A DNA stretch of 64,000 bases, from assembly GCA_965140415.1 (NCBI GenBank), contig OZ223209.1:4928001-4992000 (forward strand), given 5' to 3'. Source of the DNA: Myxococcota bacterium. Lineage in GTDB: Bacteria > Myxococcota_A > SURF-8. The translations under genes were made by a program, and so were the position numbers. The notes beneath the pieces were generated by a model. It saw only the letters and a program-made list of their open reading frames with translations, had not been told where the DNA came from and did not search any database. Each line of letters starts with the position of its first letter. The first letter of the stretch is position 1. Positions 58,569 through 64,000 of the stretch are shown one piece after another.

Positions 58569-59039
58569 ATGGCGGAATTGGTTCGAGTGTTTTGTGTTGA
58601 AGATCCTCCACCTACTCGAAAGGAGTTGATGGAACTCCTGTCCGAAGAGGGCTTCGATATTCACTCCGAAGATGAAGGCGATGAAGAAAACGAGTTCGAG
58701 GAGCCTTCCTGGCATGAATTCATCATGGTGTATCGGGAAGATCAGGAACCGATTAACCTGGAGTACATGGGCGAAGAAGACAGCGACGAATTTTCCGAAT
58801 TGCGCGATGAGCTGATCGAAATGCTGGACGACTTCGAAGGATCGGAGATTCCACGCATTGAAAAACACCTGAACAAATCCATCTTTGTCATCAGCATCCA
58901 TTGCCTGGATGAAAGCGATGATGAGGGTCAAGCGATCGTCAACGCGCTGCAGAATTATTTAGCAACCAACCACGATGGCCTTGCATATGTGGAAGACGAA
59001 GGCTTTTACGCCTCGGATGAACTGATTTTGGAAACCTAA
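58569..59039 (+). CDS. Hypothetical highly acidic protein
   Basis: 156-aa ORF co-oriented within the cluster; strongly D/E-rich. Confidence 0.7.
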   Translation: MAELVRVFCVEDPPPTRKELMELLSEEGFDIHSEDEGDEENEFEEPSWHEFIMVYREDQEPINLEYMGEEDSDEFSELRDELIEMLDDFEGSEIPRIEKHLNKSIFVISIHCLDESDDEGQAIVNALQNYLATNHDGLAYVEDEGFYASDELILET

Positions 59040-59063
59040 CCTAGCAAACGACTGGCAAATTCA

Positions 59064-60089
59064 GTGATAGTAAAAAAAGATACGGCAACAAATACCGCCG
59101 CCGCTCACGTGCTCGGATTCGATGGCGGTGGAACGAAATCGATTTGTGTGATCGCCCAGGCGGATGGCACCGTGAAAGGTGTGGGACGCTCCGATTGCAC
59201 CAACTTTCAAGGCGTAGGCGTCGAAGCGGCAAAACAGGAAGTAGCCAGGGCTATCGAACTAGCATTGAAGGACGCAAAGCTGAGGCCGGATCAGATTGCC
59301 ACTGCCGCTTTCGGTATCGCCGGAGCGGATCGTGACGAAGATTTCGAAACCGTTGCAGGCTATGTGGATGTCTCTCAGCCTGCCCCACATTGGATGCTGG
59401 TCAACGATACCACCATCGCACTACGTGCGGGAACCAGCGATGGCATCGGCGTGGCGATGGTTTGCGGCACCGGTTCCAATTGCATCGGATTCAATGCCGC
59501 AGGCAAGCAGGCAAAAGTCGGTGGTCTGGGACACCTTACAGGCGACGTCGGCGGCGGTGAGGATATTGTAGAAAAAGCGATCATTGCAAGCCTCAAAGCG
59601 GAAGATGGACGCGCTCCCAAAACGATCCTAGGGCAACGATTGGCTCAGGCCATGGGGCTGAAAAAGCTGGAGGATGTAATCGTCTTCACCTATGCCGACA
59701 ACTTCCAGCCCGTCAATTTCGGTCAATATTCCACGCTGGTCTTCAAATGCGCCGCAGAAGGCGACCGCGTTGCCCAGCGCTTACTGGAAAGAATCGGACG
59801 GGAACAGGCTCACAGTGTCGTCACGGCATGTAAGCGACTCTTCAAAAAGGACGAGACCTTCCCCGTCGTGCTGGGCGGCTCCATCATGCAGAAATCCAAT
59901 CCGCCTTATTTTGCAGACGCCATCAAACAAGCCGTCGGCAAACGCTATCCCAATGCCAGCGTACACAAACTGACCAGCGATCCCGTAATCGGAGCGGTCG
60001 GCTTTGCGCTGGATCTGCTTCACGGTAAGGCGGGACGAAATCGCATGGCAAAGCTGAAACGCAGCTACAAGCCTTATCAAACAAGTTGA
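59064..60089 (+). CDS. BadF/BadG/BcrA/BcrD family sugar kinase (GlcNAc kinase-like)
   Basis: LGFDGGGTKS, GIAGAD, VND, CGTGSN, GG.G…GD.GG, VLGGS. Confidence 0.88.
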   Translation: MIVKKDTATNTAAAHVLGFDGGGTKSICVIAQADGTVKGVGRSDCTNFQGVGVEAAKQEVARAIELALKDAKLRPDQIATAAFGIAGADRDEDFETVAGYVDVSQPAPHWMLVNDTTIALRAGTSDGIGVAMVCGTGSNCIGFNAAGKQAKVGGLGHLTGDVGGGEDIVEKAIIASLKAEDGRAPKTILGQRLAQAMGLKKLEDVIVFTYADNFQPVNFGQYSTLVFKCAAEGDRVAQRLLERIGREQAHSVVTACKRLFKKDETFPVVLGGSIMQKSNPPYFADAIKQAVGKRYPNASVHKLTSDPVIGAVGFALDLLHGKAGRNRMAKLKRSYKPYQTS

Positions 60090-60092
60090 AAC

Positions 60093-60818
60093 ATGCCCGC
60101 TCGCAAAACAAAACCTGCCACGAAAGCCAAAACACCTAAAAAAATGGTGAAAAAGGAAATCCGTTCGGACTTCCCAATCGCGACGGTCATGGAAATCCTG
60201 CGCAAAGAAACGAAAAAACTGCGTGTGCCGATTGTTACCGTTCAGGCGCAGACGAAGAAAGATCCCTTTCGCGTATTGATTTCAACCATCATCAGCTTGC
60301 GCACCAAGGATGAAGTCACCGCCCAGGCATCCGAACGCTTGTACGCTTTGGCGGACACACCGCAAGGCATACTGAAACTGGGTGAGAGAACCATTGCCGA
60401 AACGATCTATCCAGCAGGCTTTTACAAAACCAAAGCCGCCAACATCATCAAAGTATGCCAGTTGCTGTTGGACGAATACGACGGTAAAGTGCCCAGCGAA
60501 ATCGAACAACTGGTCGCGTTTCCCGGTGTCGGGAGAAAGACCGCCAATCTGGTGCGCACGCTCGGCTACAACTTGCCCGGTATCTGCGTGGACACTCACG
60601 TTCACCGCATCACCAACCGCTGGGGTTACGTGAACACACCCAACCCCGATAAAACCGAAATGGCGTTGCGCGAGATTCTGCCGAAGAAATACTGGATTCC
60701 GATCAACGACTGGCTGGTAGCCTACGGCCAGCATTTATGCGTTCCCGTTTCGCCTCATTGCAGTCGTTGTAAGCTGGAACCTTATTGTGAAAAAAATGAC
60801 GTAACCCGCAGCCGCTGA
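60093..60818 (+). CDS. nth: Endonuclease III
   Basis: PFRVLISTIISLRTKD, HhH FPGVGRKTA, VDTHVHR, 4Fe-4S motif C-x6-C-x2-C-x5-C. Confidence 0.94.
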   Translation: MPARKTKPATKAKTPKKMVKKEIRSDFPIATVMEILRKETKKLRVPIVTVQAQTKKDPFRVLISTIISLRTKDEVTAQASERLYALADTPQGILKLGERTIAETIYPAGFYKTKAANIIKVCQLLLDEYDGKVPSEIEQLVAFPGVGRKTANLVRTLGYNLPGICVDTHVHRITNRWGYVNTPNPDKTEMALREILPKKYWIPINDWLVAYGQHLCVPVSPHCSRCKLEPYCEKNDVTRSR

Positions 60819-60972
60819 TCTTCACCCGATTCAAGTTACCAACATTCGCTCATGGTTATTAATCGCTCGGATTGCGTTGCGTTGCGACTTCGGATACAGT
60901 TTGAACGAACGACGAAACATCATCCATGATTCACCCCACGCGATCTTTTTGTGTATACGAAGGAGTGGAAAC

Positions 60973-62061
60973 ATGCGCAGAGTATGTCTTTTCAGTGTGC
61001 TGCTGGCAATATGCTTCTTGGTTGGCTGCAACACGGATGACACGGATAGCGATGGCGATTACAGCGCAGGAGATTATGAAATCGATGTACTGGCCGATGG
61101 CGATATTGATGCCGATTCGGATACCAAGTTGCCTGCACGACCGGAATACCCGATGGATGAAACCCTGCGAATCAATCAGATTCAGGTAAAGGGCACGCAC
61201 AACAGCTATCATGTATTTACCGATGAGCCGCAACCGGTCTTCGGTGGCGATCTGGCTCCACTGGATGTTCAGGCCGACCAACAGGGCGTGCGCCAGTTCG
61301 AAATCGACGTTCACTACGATGAAGAACGGGGCTTCGTTGTCTATCACACCTTCTTCGGGGATACCGGCAGCAACTGCGAACTGCTCACCGACTGTCTGCA
61401 ATCGTTGAAAGACTGGTCGGATATGAACCCCGGTCACCAGGTGCTATTCATTTTCATCGAACCCAAAGACGATTTCGAACCATTGATCATGGAACAGCAT
61501 TGCGACGATCTGGACCAGTTGATCCTGTCCGTGTGGCCACAAGATCGCTTGATCCGTCCAGACGACGTGCGTAAAGAATATGCCACGCTTAGAGCGGCAA
61601 TTGAAGCCGATGGCTGGCCGAGCATGGCAGCGGGACGCGACAAAGCAATGTTCTTTTATTTCGATTCCGGTTCCTATCGGGATGCCTACCTCGATGGACA
61701 TCCCAATGCGGAGGGGCGGGCCATGTTCCCGCGAGCGGATAAGGATCTATCGTCTCCGATCGGGGCATTCGTCAATTTCGATGACCCGCTCACCGATTCC
61801 GACCGTATTGCCGAATTCGCCCAGGCCGGTTTTCTGATTCGCACGCGCACCGACGTTGCCAGCCAGGGATTGTCCGATGGCAATGAAGAACGGGTGCAGG
61901 CCGCGCTTTCATCGGCGGCTCAGATGATCAGCACCGATTATCCCGTGATGACGGATTTGTTCGATTACGTTTTCGATATTCCCGATGGCCAGCCCAGCCG
62001 CTGCAATCCCCTGCTCGCTTCAACGGGATGCACGCCGGCGGATGTAGAAAACCTGCCCTAA
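60973..62061 (+). CDS. Ca2+-dependent PI-specific phospholipase C-like lipoprotein
   Basis: Lipobox LVGC; QVKGTHNSYH, GVRQFEIDV, WS..NPGH, EPKD, GWP, IRTR.D, ISTDYP. Confidence 0.85.
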   Translation: MRRVCLFSVLLAICFLVGCNTDDTDSDGDYSAGDYEIDVLADGDIDADSDTKLPARPEYPMDETLRINQIQVKGTHNSYHVFTDEPQPVFGGDLAPLDVQADQQGVRQFEIDVHYDEERGFVVYHTFFGDTGSNCELLTDCLQSLKDWSDMNPGHQVLFIFIEPKDDFEPLIMEQHCDDLDQLILSVWPQDRLIRPDDVRKEYATLRAAIEADGWPSMAAGRDKAMFFYFDSGSYRDAYLDGHPNAEGRAMFPRADKDLSSPIGAFVNFDDPLTDSDRIAEFAQAGFLIRTRTDVASQGLSDGNEERVQAALSSAAQMISTDYPVMTDLFDYVFDIPDGQPSRCNPLLASTGCTPADVENLP

Positions 62062-62076
62062 GTTATATGGCGGCGT

Positions 62077-64000
62077 TTAAAAGAGAATCTCGGACTCTTG
62101 CGAAAGTTCCGTGATCGTATGGTCCAGATCCAGGTCCATATGAAAACAGGTATACTTTCCCGCTTCGCTTTCCACAAGCAGGCGGCCTTCGTGCTCGCGC
62201 ATGATCCCATGGCTGACCGACAGGCCCAGACCGGTTCCGACTCCACGCGGCTTGGTGGTAAAGAAAGGATCGAAAATCCTGCCAAGATTCTCGGTATCGA
62301 TTCCCATGCCGTTATCTCGCACACTGGTACGAAGCCAGCGAATGCCGTCTTCTTCCAGGGTTTGAGCTGAGATATGGATGATCTTGTCCTCGTGGTAGCT
62401 TGGGAAACGTTCGTTCAACGCATCCGCAGCATTCGTAACCAAGTTCATCAGCACCTGCTGGATTTGCTGGTTACGACAAACCACTTCCGGTAGATTTGGC
62501 GGGATCTCCGTTTTCAAGGTGATCTGGTGTTTGCGTAACAACGCCCGAATCAAAGATAAGGTATTATCCACCAGTGTTTTGATATTCGCAGGGCTGTGAA
62601 TTTCCTGTTCCTGTCTGGCGAACGCCAGCAGGTTTCTGACGATCATCGCGACCCGCTTGCTTTCTCCGATGATTTCGTTCGAAAAATCGTATTGACGGGT
62701 ATCTTGAACACTTTCATCGAAAATCAACTGGGCATAGTTCATGATACTGTTGATCGGATTGTTGATTTCATGCGCCACACCGGAAGCCAAGGTTCCGATC
62801 GATTCCAGCTTTTGTTGTTGTCGCAGTTGAGCATCGTGGCGGCTTCGTTCCTCTTCTTCCTTGAGCCGGTCTGTAACATCCCGCAATGTCGCCAGGATCA
62901 GGCCATCCGGCAATATACTGACGCTGATTTCCGCAAATAACTCCCGACCGGAACGATGAAGCACCTGACGCACCACCAGCGTGTGAAGTCCTTTCCGCCA
63001 GTCATCGAAATCTTCTTTTACAAGATAAGCATACTCATCATGGACCATGTTGAAGATGGATAGCCCAATGAATTCTTCCTGGGAATACCCGAAAATCTCC
63101 AGCACTTTCTTATTGGCTTCGACGATCCTATAGTCATTATCGATCAAAGCAATCCCGTCGCTGGACTGCTCCATCAGCATGCGGTAGCGCCCTTCGCTTT
63201 CCCGAAGCACTTCCTCGGCCTGACGACGTTTGGTAATGTCGTGCAACACGATTAAAAGCTGGTCGCGGCCTCCAATCACCGTGCGACGCATGTTGATTTC
63301 CGCCCAGATATGTTTGCCATTCTTCGACTTGATCAACCACTCGAAGATCTGTGGAACGCCATTAACGGCTGCATCGACGAAGTGGCGGGCTTTTCGAATG
63401 GTGTGCGGGGGATGCTCTTCCAGCAAATCCAAGAAGGCGAGTTTGCGGGCTTCTTCCTTGGTGTACTCCAACAGATCGAGAACTTTACGGTTGGTGTCCA
63501 GAATCCGCTGCCCATCCAACATCGCTACGATCAGGGCGTCATTACTGGCATTATAGATAGCCCGATAATTGGCTTCCGATTCCACTAAAGCAGTTTCAAC
63601 TTCTTTTCTGACTGTGATGTCTTTGCTGATGGTCAACAGGTGAGGAGCGCCCTGAATCATGATCGGTCTGCCCGACATCAGCGCTTGTCGACTCTGCCCG
63701 TTTTTTGCGCGGAAAGTCGCTTCGAAATCGTCGATGTACCCCTTGGTGCGCATGAGGTAGATCATTTGATCGCGTTTTTCGGGATTTTCCCAGAACTTCA
63801 GCTTTGTAACATCCTTCCCAATCACTTCCTCTCGACTATAGCCGGTAACTTCCGTGAATCCCGGATTTACGTCAACGAAAAATCCCTGGTAGTTGGAAAT
63901 GATGATCGCATCGGGAGTCGCCTCGAAAACCGACTGAAAGTGTTGCCGGCTTATTTCCAGTTCAGATTCATCCTGCTTTCGCGCCTTATAAGCCATGATC
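62077..64000 (-). CDS. Multi-PAS sensor histidine kinase (5' end probably outside window)
   Basis: Three PAS domains, H-box GVAHEINNP, NLVTNA, DNGMG, FDPFFTTK, GTGLGL. Confidence 0.93.
   Translation of the reverse strand, partial: IMAYKARKQDESELEISRQHFQSVFEATPDAIIISNYQGFFVDVNPGFTEVTGYSREEVIGKDVTKLKFWENPEKRDQMIYLMRTKGYIDDFEATFRAKNGQSRQALMSGRPIMIQGAPHLLTISKDITVRKEVETALVESEANYRAIYNASNDALIVAMLDGQRILDTNRKVLDLLEYTKEEARKLAFLDLLEEHPPHTIRKARHFVDAAVNGVPQIFEWLIKSKNGKHIWAEINMRRTVIGGRDQLLIVLHDITKRRQAEEVLRESEGRYRMLMEQSSDGIALIDNDYRIVEANKKVLEIFGYSQEEFIGLSIFNMVHDEYAYLVKEDFDDWRKGLHTLVVRQVLHRSGRELFAEISVSILPDGLILATLRDVTDRLKEEEERSRHDAQLRQQQKLESIGTLASGVAHEINNPINSIMNYAQLIFDESVQDTRQYDFSNEIIGESKRVAMIVRNLLAFARQEQEIHSPANIKTLVDNTLSLIRALLRKHQITLKTEIPPNLPEVVCRNQQIQQVLMNLVTNAADALNERFPSYHEDKIIHISAQTLEEDGIRWLRTSVRDNGMGIDTENLGRIFDPFFTTKPRGVGTGLGLSVSHGIMREHEGRLLVESEAGKYTCFHMDLDLDHTITELSQESEILF

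Overview
Bacterial chromosomal window, moderately GC-rich. Gene content (pilB-pilT-pilC order, MYXO-CTERM-like tails, many Cys-rich lipoproteins, System II cytochrome c maturation) points to a Myxococcota/Desulfobacterota-type (former Deltaproteobacteria) organism; this is inference. In order it holds: a type IVa pilus locus (pilB-pilT-pilC, pilE-like pilin, fimT-pilV-pilW-pilX-pilY1) with sigma-54-type promoters; rplU-rpmA; secreted and lipoproteins; an ArnT-like glycosyltransferase, CvpA and an ABC exporter; a long minus-strand run (pyrD, pyrK, rimI, SurA-like, engB, ccsA, ccsB, tetraheme cytochrome c, rnhA, MlaD, DUF1573 protein, ettA); queD; an alpha-2-macroglobulin; hydrolases; pruA; methyltransferase-asnB; a DegT/Gfo/BadF sugar set; nth; a PI-PLC; and a PAS histidine kinase. 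Best leads: (1) two ORF-track ORFs form one DUF1573 lipoprotein read through an in-frame TGA (S-U-G-C-T) followed by a SECIS-like hairpin, a probable selenoprotein; (2) the alpha-2-macroglobulin has a complement-C3-like catalytic His and a GspG-like insert; (3) two MYXO-CTERM-type surface proteins look like metallopeptidases that lost their zinc ligands; (4) a DGD-repeat acidic linker is shared by eight unrelated exported proteins; (5) two families of intergenic repeats. No rRNA, tRNA, CRISPR array or transposase was recognised. All family calls are by eye from motifs; no searches were run.
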